From contig NZ_CP011034.1 in the NCBI RefSeq assembly GCF_001465295.1, positions 2,250,001-2,282,000 on the forward strand: a stretch of DNA of 32,000 bases, read 5' to 3'. The notes under the pieces were generated by a model that did no database searches, was not told the DNA's origin, and was given only the letters and a program-made list of their open reading frames with translations. This DNA comes from Pseudoalteromonas translucida KMM 520 (lineage in GTDB: Bacteria; Pseudomonadota; Gammaproteobacteria; Enterobacterales; Alteromonadaceae). A program made the position numbers and the translations under genes. This document shows, one piece after another, positions 17,437-26,738 of this stretch (positions within the stretch are counted from its first letter, which is position 1; each line of letters starts with the position of its first letter).

Positions 17437-20079
17437 TTAAAACGATTGTGAGAAACGTAAGTACGTAACACGACCGTAAGCATCATAAAGGTCGAAGTTA
17501 TAGTTACGACCACCGAAGCTGCTTAACTGTGGCTCTTTCTCAAAAGCATTTTGCATACCAACAGAAACCTTAGTGCCTGTAGGGAAGCTATATGTCGCTT
17601 GTAAATCATGTGTGATCCACGTTGCAATGTTACCTGTACGTTCAACACCACCACCATCTACTTGCGTTACATCTTCATACTGAGAACCAATCATGTTGAT
17701 GTTCCAAGTAAAGTCAAAGTCTTGTATTGCATAGCTGTTTGACAATGAAGCTCGTTGCTGTGGCTCACCAGTGTCTTTAAGTGTATTACGACCACCATCA
17801 ATTTTACTTTCAAACTGATGACTAAATTGTAATGTTTGTTTTAACGTACCAGCTGCATCAAAGTCAAATGTAGTATTTAGATTTAAATCTAAACCACTAA
17901 TTTCCCATTTACCTTCGTTAGCATAACCCTGAGTAATAAGGTCAATACCACCGTTGCTTAAACGTGTAACACCTAAACCTGCAGGAATTGGGTCACCTGT
18001 TTGCTCACGAGTCAAGATAGTGCTAGCGCCAAAGAAGCGGATCATGTTAGAGATTTCAATCTCATAGTAATCAGCAGAAAAGTTTAACCAATCTGTTGGT
18101 TGGTAAGCTAAACCTAATGAAATTTGCTCTGATGATTCAGAACCCATTTCAGCGTTTGCTAAAGTAATTGCACTTACTTGCACATCACAACCGGCCTGTA
18201 AACCTAAGTTAAGACATGACGGATCATCAGATACACTTGGGTTACCTGGAGCTGGTTTAGCTGTAAGGATATCCAATGTAGGTGCGCGGAAACCTTCACC
18301 ATATGATGCACGTAATACTAGCTCTTCTGTTACATCGTATTTTACTGAAACTTTAGGAGAGAAATCTGAACCATAATCAGAATAATCATCGTAACGACCT
18401 GCTAATGTAAACTCTAGGCCTTCCATAACTGGGAATAAAGCTTCAAAGTAAGCACTAGTTAAATTACGACCACCACCAGCACTATTACCTGCAGAACCAC
18501 CTACTTGACCAGCTTCTGATAATGAATCGTACGTATCAGAATAATCTTCTTTACGGTATTCAAGGCCAACAACTGCTTGTAGAGTTCCGCCATTCATTTC
18601 CATTACGTCAAATGCAGCAGAGCCAAACACTTCTTCTTGTTGGAAAGTACCAATTCGTGATGTAGTTACGTTTAAACCATTTAGTAGTTTAGCATAATCA
18701 CTACGTTGCTCATTTGTAGTAAAACGAGTACCAAATGGGTCATTCAGCATGTAGTCACCGCTATCAACTGCAGTTCTTGCATTTGAACCCATTAAATAAC
18801 CACGGCCAATTTCATACGTTTTTGTTTGGTTTTTACGTGCACCAAAATCAACAAAAACATTACCGATTTGACCTTCAACACTAATCATAAAGTCTGTAGA
18901 CCAGTTGTCAACTTGACTATCACGGTTACCTAATGCAGCAAAACGATGACGATATCCAACTTCACGAGCACCTAAGCCATCTGAAGGAGCGTCATAAAAT
19001 GGGCTAGCTGGGTTAGTTGGGTTATTTGGGCTATCAGCAGACATGAAAGCACCAACACCTGCGTCATTCAATGATGGCGCGTAACGACCGAAAGACTTAG
19101 TTTTTGATACTAGAGTATGCGATAAGATTCTCCAGTCATCATTAATGTCATAATTAGCTTTCAAGAACGCTGATGTGTTTGATGTAGAAGCTTCGTTAGC
19201 ATTTGTCGCGTTAAAGTTATATGCACAGAAATCATCACCTAGTGAGAAGAAGTTTTCGATTCCATCACAAGCGCTAGCTGATAAAATTGAACTTAGGCCA
19301 CCAGAACTTGGCTCGCCATCAGCACCAATACCATCGTAGCCACTTGGTCTTACCCAGTTTGCGCCAAAGCTTGAAGCACCAGGTTGTACCCATTCGTAAG
19401 CATTTTCATAAATAATGTCACGGCTGTTCCAAGAAACACCACCAATTACAGAAGAGTTATCGCTTGAAGCACCAAATACTACAGAGCCTTCTTCACGGTC
19501 ACCACCTTCTTCCGGTAAGCTTACTTCTGAAGCACCGATACGCATTTCAATACCGTTAAAATCTTTTCTGGTAATAATATTAACTACACCAGCAATAGCG
19601 TCAGAACCATATACTGCTGAAGCACCATCAGATAAAATTTCAATACGCTCAACCGCCGCCATTGGGATTGAGTTCAAATCTTGTGAGTTACCAGTTGAAG
19701 GTGACTTAGGTAAGCGACGTCCATCAACCAAAATTAGTGAACGTGAAGCACCTAAACCACGTAAGTTAATTTGCGAAACACCTTGCGCAGAACTACCAGA
19801 CTGTGGACGAAATGAACCCGCCGAGTTAAAGCTTGTATTACGTAATAAGTCTGAAACAGAAGTTTGTCCTGAAAAGTCAATCGCAGCACGATCGATAACA
19901 GTTACAGGTACAGAGCCTTCTAAATCAGTTCTTTTAATACGTGAACCAGTAACAGCGATACGCTCTACTTTTTCTACGCCTTCTTCAGCAGCAATTGAGC
20001 TTGCTGAAAATACAGCTGTTGAAGCTGCACCAAAAGCGATTGCTAAGCGAACAGCTTTTGAAATTTGATTATTTAACAT
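17437..20079 (-). CDS. TonB-dependent outer-membrane receptor (880 aa)
   Basis: Signal peptide and ERIAVTGSRI TonB box, a plug (INLRGLGASRSLILVDGRR, VERIEILSDGASAVYGSDAIAGVVNII), a barrel, and a C-terminal ..YLRFSQSF. Confidence 0.9.
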   Translation of the reverse strand: MLNNQISKAVRLAIAFGAASTAVFSASSIAAEEGVEKVERIAVTGSRIKRTDLEGSVPVTVIDRAAIDFSGQTSVSDLLRNTSFNSAGSFRPQSGSSAQGVSQINLRGLGASRSLILVDGRRLPKSPSTGNSQDLNSIPMAAVERIEILSDGASAVYGSDAIAGVVNIITRKDFNGIEMRIGASEVSLPEEGGDREEGSVVFGASSDNSSVIGGVSWNSRDIIYENAYEWVQPGASSFGANWVRPSGYDGIGADGEPSSGGLSSILSASACDGIENFFSLGDDFCAYNFNATNANEASTSNTSAFLKANYDINDDWRILSHTLVSKTKSFGRYAPSLNDAGVGAFMSADSPNNPTNPASPFYDAPSDGLGAREVGYRHRFAALGNRDSQVDNWSTDFMISVEGQIGNVFVDFGARKNQTKTYEIGRGYLMGSNARTAVDSGDYMLNDPFGTRFTTNEQRSDYAKLLNGLNVTTSRIGTFQQEEVFGSAAFDVMEMNGGTLQAVVGLEYRKEDYSDTYDSLSEAGQVGGSAGNSAGGGRNLTSAYFEALFPVMEGLEFTLAGRYDDYSDYGSDFSPKVSVKYDVTEELVLRASYGEGFRAPTLDILTAKPAPGNPSVSDDPSCLNLGLQAGCDVQVSAITLANAEMGSESSEQISLGLAYQPTDWLNFSADYYEIEISNMIRFFGASTILTREQTGDPIPAGLGVTRLSNGGIDLITQGYANEGKWEISGLDLNLNTTFDFDAAGTLKQTLQFSHQFESKIDGGRNTLKDTGEPQQRASLSNSYAIQDFDFTWNINMIGSQYEDVTQVDGGGVERTGNIATWITHDLQATYSFPTGTKVSVGMQNAFEKEPQLSSFGGRNYNFDLYDAYGRVTYLRFSQSF
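19943..20079 (-). repeat. Conserved 5' coding block shared with the first TonB receptor (partner 15501-15637)
   Basis: See partner feature. Confidence 0.85.
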
Positions 20080-20140
20080 TTGATTCTCCCAAGAATACTA
20101 TTTTATTTTTTTATATTTAATCATCTGATTACGAATAAAC

Positions 20141-20186
20141 AATGATTATGTAACCAATGATAATACTATGAGAACAGAAAGGTCAA
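20141..20186 (-). promoter_or_regulatory. Candidate promoter with overlapping Fur-box-like AT hexamers for the 880-aa receptor
   Basis: Minus strand: TTGACC (20186-20181), 15 nt, then TATTAT (20165-20160). AATGATTAT (20141-20149) and AATGATAAT (20156-20164) each match about 9-10 contiguous positions of the GATAATGATAATCATTATC Fur consensus. Confidence 0.25.
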
Positions 20187-20451
20187 CATAAAATTAACTT
20201 TAAGTGACCTACCATTATCATATATCACACTTTATCACCGTTATTAGTACTGGCCGTTTACAAAAAGCCTATTAGTAAGTTCGCTGCAAATTAAAAAATG
20301 AAAGTAACTCCCTGTTTTTAAATCAGTTTACTCAATGTTGTTTTCAGTTGCAGTTTAATTAAAATCATACTTGTTAACTTTCGGCATGTGAATGTTTGTA
20401 AACATCTTCTTTGATCAGCTTTACACTTTAATTTTTTACTGATTATTAAGC

Positions 20452-22797
20452 TTAAAATAAAGTACTTTGGGTTGAGTTTGGCTGTACGCCAAGTGCGCTT
20501 AGAATCATATCGGCAACTGGTTCTAGCTGCCGCTGTATATAAAGAGGGTAATTGAGGGTGTTGTTTCCATTGTAAATTTCAGCGCCATTAATAGCATAAA
20601 CATATTCTATTATTTGGCCGCGCTTTACATCAAAGTCGGGGTTATTCGCTTTAAATTTTTTTACTGCTTGCACATGCGGAGGAATATTTTTTACATAATC
20701 ACTTAAATTTTGGCCTAAACGTTTACGGTATATAAGCTTTTTATCAAACTCCCCTGCGTATAGCTTTTTAGTGTAGCTTTTTATAATGTCGTTTAATTGC
20801 TCTATTTCAAATTGTTGATCAAATAATGTTTTAAAAAGTTCGGTTTGAAACTCTTGAGCAAACTGGGTCCAATCGCTGCGCACGGTTTCCATTCCTTTAA
20901 AAATGAGCTGCTTGGCATTGTTTTTTTCAATTTGGCCAACGTAACGTTTTTTTGAGCCTATTTTTTTTCCTCTTATGGTTGGCATAAAAAATGGGCTGTA
21001 ATGGGTTTCAAACTCTATTTCTAAATAACTGGTCAACGAAAAGCGAGTTTTAATGCTATCAGACCAGCGTTTGTTAATAATGTGCATCACATCATTGCCT
21101 ATTTTATTGCAATCTGTGGCGTTTAAGCGCTCATTTACGTTTACAAATATTGAATCTGTGTCGCCATAAATAACCTCATAACCTAGTTCTTCAATCCATT
21201 TTCGGGTGGTTTGCATGATTTCGTGCCCCCTCAGTGTAATTGAACTTGAGAGCCTTGGATCGTAAAACCGGCAACCTTTAGAGCCTAATACGCCATACAA
21301 GCTGTTCATTATTATTTTTATTGCCTGAGAAAGCATTGGCTGGTTGGTGTCTTTAGCTTTTTGGCGAGTACGGGTTAAGTGCTTAATTAATTTGGGTAGG
21401 TGATGCAGCTCGCGTGAAAAAAGTGCGTCGTTAAACCCTGCTACTGCATTTTCGGGAGAGTTTAGTCCTTCTATAAGGCCTAATGGATCAATACAAAAAG
21501 TGCGCATAATTGACGGATACAAGCTTTTAAAGTCGAGCACTAATACATTTTCATATAAACCAGGAGTAGACTCCATTACATAACCGCCCGGGCTTTCAAA
21601 CGATAAGCCATGATCGCCTAAATTAGGTGCAACATAGCCACTGCGATGTAATAAGGGTAAATATAGGTTGGTAAATGCAGCTACCGAGCCGCCCATACGC
21701 TCTAGTTCAAGCCCCGTAAGTTGCGTTCTTACTATGGCAAATTCAAATAGCTTTAACTTAACAAAAATTCTATTTACTAATATACAGTCTTGGCGGTTAT
21801 AAGCGGCAAGAGCGAGCTTGTCGTGATTAAATTGACGAATAATTTCGCTAAGGCGATTATCTGCTTGAATTAACTTAGACTCGCCCAGCACTTTATGAGA
21901 AATATTAGCTAACGAATAACTATCAAAATGATAAGTGGCATTTTTTAGTGTATCTATACCATCTATTACGCTGCGCCCAGGTAAAGTAAGCCGGGTGTAA
22001 TGACCCGTTCTAATTGTTAAAGGTTGTTGCTCTCTACCTAAATTAAGTACCAGTCCTAATGCTTCTGCGCGCGCGTTAAGTACGCTAAAATCAAATTCAA
22101 TTACATTCCAACCTACAATCACATCCGGATCGTTACTAGTAATGTAGCACTGTAATTTTTGCAGTAGATTTATTTCATCAACGCACCAGTCAATATTAAA
22201 TGCGTTACTGTGAGGCTGTGGCTCGCCAATCATTAATACACAATCTAGGCCATTACCAACTAACCCAACCGAAAATAACACCCCTTCCCCGTTACATTCT
22301 ATATCTAATGAAAGCGACGCAAGCTGTGGCGTATAATCTGGATTAGCTTTTAGTTTTGCTTGAGTAATTTCGATAAAGCCATTTTTTTGTAGCGCCTTTC
22401 CAGTTACCCACACTCCTCCTTTAATAAAGCGCTCCATTAAAAACCGGTCACTGTGGCGAATATCGCCTTCGTATATATTTATTTGCTGCTCAAGCTGGGC
22501 TCTCGCTTTATAAAGGCTACTACTGTCGTTAAAATAGCAAGCTGTGCAGTCAACACCACTAAAGTGGCGCATATTAACCGCTTTAAAACTTACCTTTATT
22601 TTGGCTTTGGCTAATAACGTTTGTGCAAGAGGAAGTTGTTGTTGCGCAATAAAAAATACGGCTTGCTGGTTTTCAACAACCACCTTTATAGGCCCAGACT
22701 CAGAGCTTAACCAATAACACAAAGTGAGGCCCTGCCTGTTTTTAGACGAGTATTGTTGCCTTGATAAAATAAAGCCCTGATAGATTGCTTGTGTCAA
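20452..22797 (-). CDS. polB: DNA polymerase II (family B)
   Basis: Collinear with E. coli Pol II: exo motif LSLDIEC, DPDVIVGWNVIEFDF, SPGGYVM, LDFKSLYPSIMRTF, KIIMNSLYGVLG, VIYGDTDSIFV, KKRYVG. I place the start at TTG 22797 ((M)TQAIYQGFILSRQ, compare E. coli MAQAGFILTRH) rather than the track's ATG at 22854. Confidence 0.9.
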   Translation of the reverse strand: MTQAIYQGFILSRQQYSSKNRQGLTLCYWLSSESGPIKVVVENQQAVFFIAQQQLPLAQTLLAKAKIKVSFKAVNMRHFSGVDCTACYFNDSSSLYKARAQLEQQINIYEGDIRHSDRFLMERFIKGGVWVTGKALQKNGFIEITQAKLKANPDYTPQLASLSLDIECNGEGVLFSVGLVGNGLDCVLMIGEPQPHSNAFNIDWCVDEINLLQKLQCYITSNDPDVIVGWNVIEFDFSVLNARAEALGLVLNLGREQQPLTIRTGHYTRLTLPGRSVIDGIDTLKNATYHFDSYSLANISHKVLGESKLIQADNRLSEIIRQFNHDKLALAAYNRQDCILVNRIFVKLKLFEFAIVRTQLTGLELERMGGSVAAFTNLYLPLLHRSGYVAPNLGDHGLSFESPGGYVMESTPGLYENVLVLDFKSLYPSIMRTFCIDPLGLIEGLNSPENAVAGFNDALFSRELHHLPKLIKHLTRTRQKAKDTNQPMLSQAIKIIMNSLYGVLGSKGCRFYDPRLSSSITLRGHEIMQTTRKWIEELGYEVIYGDTDSIFVNVNERLNATDCNKIGNDVMHIINKRWSDSIKTRFSLTSYLEIEFETHYSPFFMPTIRGKKIGSKKRYVGQIEKNNAKQLIFKGMETVRSDWTQFAQEFQTELFKTLFDQQFEIEQLNDIIKSYTKKLYAGEFDKKLIYRKRLGQNLSDYVKNIPPHVQAVKKFKANNPDFDVKRGQIIEYVYAINGAEIYNGNNTLNYPLYIQRQLEPVADMILSALGVQPNSTQSTLF

Positions 22798-22820
22798 TGT
22801 CCGATCCCACTTAATATATA

Positions 22821-22840
22821 CACTGTAATTATATACATAC
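22821..22840. promoter_or_regulatory. LexA (SOS) box in the polB<>dinG divergent control region
   Basis: CACTGTAATTATATACATAC has CTGT (22823-26), N8, then ACAT (22835-38), against the consensus TACTGT-N8-ACAGTA. A perfect minus-strand TATAAT (22833-22828) lies inside it. Confidence 0.55.
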
Positions 22841-22857
22841 TTTAGGTAAATCATCCC

Positions 22858-24933
22858 ATGCTTTCTGACTCACTAAAAAAAACTATTAGGCAAGTACATC
22901 AGCATGTGGCTAATAACCTAAGTGATTACCGCCCGCGTAGCAGCCAAAATTACTTAGTTGCCGAAATAGCAAAAACGCTAGCAGGTGAATATCACAAAAA
23001 ACAACGTATTTGCGTTATAGAAGCAGGTACAGGCACTGGCAAGTCTCTGGCGTATTGTTTAGGTGCTCTGCCACTTGCGCTAGCACAAAAAAAGAAATTA
23101 GTTATTTCAACCGCCACAGTTGCGCTGCAAGAGCAGTTAATAGCCAAAGAGCTGCCTTTTTTTAAAAAGCATTCAGGGCTTAGTTTTAAGTTTGATTTAG
23201 TTAAAGGTCGCCAGCGATATATTTGCGCTCATAAACTACACAATGCGGTTAACGGTGATAGCCAAACACAAATGGAATTTATGCCTACGCTTAGCTCGCC
23301 TTTAAGCGTAATGGAAACCAAATGTTTAAATGAGCTTTACACCGCTTATACAACTAAAAAATGGCAAGGCGACAGAGACAGCTGGGCCGACACGGTTCCC
23401 GATAAAGTATGGGGATTAATAGCCTGCGATAAACATTCGTGCCAGCGCCAAATGAAAGCGCATCAAACCTGCCCGTTTCAGCTTGCGCGTCAGCAATTAA
23501 TGCAAATGGATGTACTGGTGATCAACCACTCTTTATTACTTGCAGACTTAGACTTAGGCGGGGGTAAAATTTTACCCGAACCCGACAACACTATTTATGT
23601 AATTGATGAAGCACACCACTTAGCACACATCACTCGCGACTTTTCATCCGCGGCGGCGACAATAAAAGGCACCATAGAGTGGCTAGATAAGCTCACTAAA
23701 TTTAGCGGGAAAATGGCTAAAGTAATAGTCGGTCAAAAAGCGATAGGGCAAAACTTTAAGCTTTGCGATAGTATTAACGACGCCAACAAAGATTTAAAAG
23801 TAGTACGCGACATTCTCGATAATGCTGACTTTGAATATTCAAAAGATGATACTTACAGATTCGAAAATGGCGAAATTCCACAGTCATTACACAGTAAAGC
23901 CAAAGATATAAGCGAAGCCACGCAAGATGCACTGCGCTGCTTAAGTAAAATGCACGACACGCTAACTCAAGATGTAAGCGACGGCGATATAAAACCCTAC
24001 GTAGCAGACCCTATTTTAGGCGAGAGCGGACAATACATAAATCGTTTAGAGCAATTAAATAAGCTGTGGTTTAGCTATGCAAATAAAGGTGAAGGCACAC
24101 CCCATGCTAGGTGGATAAAGCGCCTTGAATATAAAAACCATCATGACCATTTATTAAGCGACTGCCCTATTGAAGTAGGTTACTACTTAAAAGACAAGCT
24201 ATGGAGCGAGTGCGCGGGCGCGGTTTTATGCTCGGCTACATTAAGTGCTTTAGGCTCGTTTGATCATTTTGCTTATGAAACAGGCCTTGCCAAAGAAGAG
24301 GGCGTTAAATTTATTAAAGTGCCCTCGCCTTTCGACTACCCTAATCAAGCTACTTTGCGTATTCCGGTCTCTAAAATTGAACCAACCGATAAAGCATTTA
24401 GCGATCACTTAGCCAATACCCTGCCTGAGTATTTAGACACCAAAAAAGCCAACCTAGTATTGTTTGCCTCTTACTGGCAAATGGACCATGTATCAAAGTT
24501 TCTTAGAACAAAAGGTTTTAACTTATTAGTACAAGGCGAAATGTCGCGTGAGGCAATGCTTAAATTACATACTAAAAATATTGATGAAGGCAAAGGTAGT
24601 ATTTTATTTGGCACTCAAAGCCTCTCGGAAGGTCTTGATTTACCAGGTAAATACCTAGAAAACCTAATAATTACAAAAATTCCTTTTGCCGTACCCACCT
24701 CGCCAATTGAAGAAGCGCAAGCCGAGTTTGTACAAAGTAAAGGCGGCAATCCTTTTTTATCAATAACCGTTCCCGATGCGGCAAAGAAATTGGTACAAAG
24801 CTGTGGTAGACTGCTGCGTAAAGAAAGCGATGCTGGCTGTATAACTATTCTCGATAGGCGCTTGATCACTAAGCGATACGGCAAAGCAATGCTCGACACC
24901 TTACCTCCTTTTAAAAGACAGATAGATTATTAA
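22858..24933 (+). CDS. dinG: ATP-dependent DNA helicase DinG (XPD-like, Fe-S)
   Basis: AEIAKTLAG, EAGTGTGKSL, VISTATVALQEQ, the Cys cluster RYICAHK / CDKHSCQ..QTCPF, VIDEAHHL, SATL, LFGTQSLSEGLDLPG, and QSCGRLLR. It is collinear with E. coli DinG. Confidence 0.9.
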   Translation: MLSDSLKKTIRQVHQHVANNLSDYRPRSSQNYLVAEIAKTLAGEYHKKQRICVIEAGTGTGKSLAYCLGALPLALAQKKKLVISTATVALQEQLIAKELPFFKKHSGLSFKFDLVKGRQRYICAHKLHNAVNGDSQTQMEFMPTLSSPLSVMETKCLNELYTAYTTKKWQGDRDSWADTVPDKVWGLIACDKHSCQRQMKAHQTCPFQLARQQLMQMDVLVINHSLLLADLDLGGGKILPEPDNTIYVIDEAHHLAHITRDFSSAAATIKGTIEWLDKLTKFSGKMAKVIVGQKAIGQNFKLCDSINDANKDLKVVRDILDNADFEYSKDDTYRFENGEIPQSLHSKAKDISEATQDALRCLSKMHDTLTQDVSDGDIKPYVADPILGESGQYINRLEQLNKLWFSYANKGEGTPHARWIKRLEYKNHHDHLLSDCPIEVGYYLKDKLWSECAGAVLCSATLSALGSFDHFAYETGLAKEEGVKFIKVPSPFDYPNQATLRIPVSKIEPTDKAFSDHLANTLPEYLDTKKANLVLFASYWQMDHVSKFLRTKGFNLLVQGEMSREAMLKLHTKNIDEGKGSILFGTQSLSEGLDLPGKYLENLIITKIPFAVPTSPIEEAQAEFVQSKGGNPFLSITVPDAAKKLVQSCGRLLRKESDAGCITILDRRLITKRYGKAMLDTLPPFKRQIDY

Positions 24934-24935
24934 TA

Positions 24936-25712
24936 ATGTTTGAACTTGCACTCGATCCAACAACCTGGGCTATTTTATGTGCCGTTGCACTTGCCGCAGG
25001 TTTTATTGACGCCATCGCCGGTGGTGGTGGTATGTTAACGGTTCCTGCTTTATTAACAGCAGGCTTACCACCGCATTTAACGCTTGGCACAAATAAATTA
25101 GCCGCAAGCTTTGGTTCTTTAACTGCGAGTTATACTTATTATAAAAAAGACTTATTTAATCCTAAGTTTTGGCTAGCCTCTATTTTTGCCACCGCCATTG
25201 GCGCATTAATAGGCACTTTAATAGTTGATCACTTAAGTATCGACTTCTTAAATAAATTATTACCTATAATTATAATTGTTGTGGCCTGCTATAGCTTGTT
25301 TGGTAGTTTAAGCACCACAGAGGGAAGTGAGCTACCTAAGCTTACGCAAACAATGAAAATAAAGCAGTGGCTGCAAGGTTTAAGCTTAGGTTTTTTTGAT
25401 GGCTTAGCAGGACCAGGTACAGGCACCTTTTGGACCGCCTCAAACGGCATGCTATATAAAATGAACCTACTGCTAAATTGTGGTTTATCGCGTTCAATGA
25501 ACTTTGTATCTAACTTTATTTCACTTATTACTTTTGTAGCACTAGGGCATGTTAATTTTTTACTGGGTATTACTATGGGCTTTTTTATCATGCTAGGCGC
25601 ATGGTTTGGCGCGCATTCAGCAATACGCTTTGGCAGTAAGTTTATTCGTCCTGTATTTAATACTATGGTTATATTATTAGCACTAAAACTTATTTACGAG
25701 GCTTACTTTTAA
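24936..25712 (+). CDS. yfcA: TSUP (TauE/SafE, YfcA-like) membrane transporter
   Basis: 258 aa and polytopic. DAIAGGGGMLTVPALL is the typical TSUP repeat motif. It starts 2 nt after the dinG stop. Confidence 0.8.
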   Translation: MFELALDPTTWAILCAVALAAGFIDAIAGGGGMLTVPALLTAGLPPHLTLGTNKLAASFGSLTASYTYYKKDLFNPKFWLASIFATAIGALIGTLIVDHLSIDFLNKLLPIIIIVVACYSLFGSLSTTEGSELPKLTQTMKIKQWLQGLSLGFFDGLAGPGTGTFWTASNGMLYKMNLLLNCGLSRSMNFVSNFISLITFVALGHVNFLLGITMGFFIMLGAWFGAHSAIRFGSKFIRPVFNTMVILLALKLIYEAYF

Positions 25713-25713
25713 T

Positions 25714-26322
25714 ATGCACTCACCCGCTTTTGATAAACTACGCCAGCAAGTTGCAACCTTAAAGCAGCAAGCCGAGCAATTTGATAAAGCCAAACTGTTT
25801 TCTAAAAACCGTTATATGCAAGCGCAACCAAGCTTATTTGACCGTGCTGTTTTTAGTACTAAAAGTATGAACCTAGCCGACTATGTAACCGAAATAGAAG
25901 ACGAAGTATCGTCTTTACCACCAAGTGAGCATCGCCATGCATACACCTATGCACTTGAGCGTATAGCAACACAAGTACAAGCTGTTTTTAATGTTATTAA
26001 ATCAACCCCTATTTGGATAAAAGAAAATAAAAGTCACTATAAACCACGCCCAAAACAAGCCGTTTATAAACAAGCCGTGCAACAAGTAATACAATCATCT
26101 CATGAGCTTTATGACGAACTTAAACAAAATCACGAATTTGAACGCCGATTATTGTTAATGATTGAAGAGCGTAAAATGCAAATGGATAAAACAACCCCGG
26201 CTAAAGCACAAAAGCTAAATATGGAAATATTAACAACCCATGCACGCTTAGGGCGCTGTAGAAAAGCAATTTCGGCCACCGAAGAAAAAATACAACGTGT
26301 AGAAAAACAACAACTTCGCTAA
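25714..26322 (+). CDS. priC: Primosomal replication protein N'' (PriC)
   Basis: LFDRAVFSTKS, HEFERRLLLMIEERK and HARLGRCRKAISATEEKI parallel E. coli PriC (FDRHLFQT, QDFERRLREMVAERR, EARLARCRHALEKIE). It starts 1 nt after the TSUP stop, and the ybaM/rsmS neighbourhood matches E. coli. Confidence 0.7.
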   Translation: MHSPAFDKLRQQVATLKQQAEQFDKAKLFSKNRYMQAQPSLFDRAVFSTKSMNLADYVTEIEDEVSSLPPSEHRHAYTYALERIATQVQAVFNVIKSTPIWIKENKSHYKPRPKQAVYKQAVQQVIQSSHELYDELKQNHEFERRLLLMIEERKMQMDKTTPAKAQKLNMEILTTHARLGRCRKAISATEEKIQRVEKQQLR

Positions 26323-26462
26323 ACACTTTAAGTATGTTTTACAATACCAATCAAGCCACTAACTAATTAACCGTTAATAAATAGCTGTAAAACTACACCC
26401 TCGATTTATACTGCACCTTGGTATAAACTCAATTAAATGGATTAAAAACGAGCGAGTGGAAT

Positions 26463-26738
26463 ATGCAATTACATGAAGATATACATAACTTTTATGAAAA
26501 ATTTGTTTTAGAAGAAATAATTAATCGCAAACTTAATGAACAATATACTGATGATGTAATGGCCGATTTTTGCTGTACTGTTTTAAATCAACTGCCTTCT
26601 CGCTATATTCGCTCCGACGTAGATATGGCCTATTATTTATCACAAACAGAACGTATGCATATGCAACAGCGGGTGCAAACAGCCATTGATGTAGCAATTA
26701 GCCAAATTGCAAAAAAGAAACCCCAACATGAGCAATAA
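26463..26738 (+). CDS. ComFB-family (late competence development protein-like) small protein
   Basis: 91 aa. NFYEKFVLEEI...DFCCTVLNQLPSRYIR fits the ComFB pattern (hydrophobic helix, Cys pair, LN-LP-RY). Confidence 0.65.
   Translation: MQLHEDIHNFYEKFVLEEIINRKLNEQYTDDVMADFCCTVLNQLPSRYIRSDVDMAYYLSQTERMHMQQRVQTAIDVAISQIAKKKPQHEQ

Noticed and set aside
19415-20068. 217-aa plus-strand ORF antisense to the 880-aa TonB receptor. Similar shadow ORFs occur at 8588-8785, 10330-10518, 14277-14522, 24615-24899, 25289-25591, 26640-26879, 27702-27884, 28384-28784, 28986-29255, 29556-29747 and 30119-30310.
   Set aside because: Each is embedded in, or mostly overlaps, a confidently recognised gene on the opposite strand. 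Their composition (S/P/T/R-rich) is typical of antisense frames, and none has a recognisable motif.
22798-22854. ATG 22854 as the polB start (track ORF 20452-22854)
   Set aside because: The extension MIYLKYVYNYSVYIKWDRT has no counterpart in E. coli Pol II. It would leave only 3 bp before dinG and would place the LexA-like box and a perfect TATAAT inside coding sequence. TTG 22797 aligns with the E. coli N-terminus.
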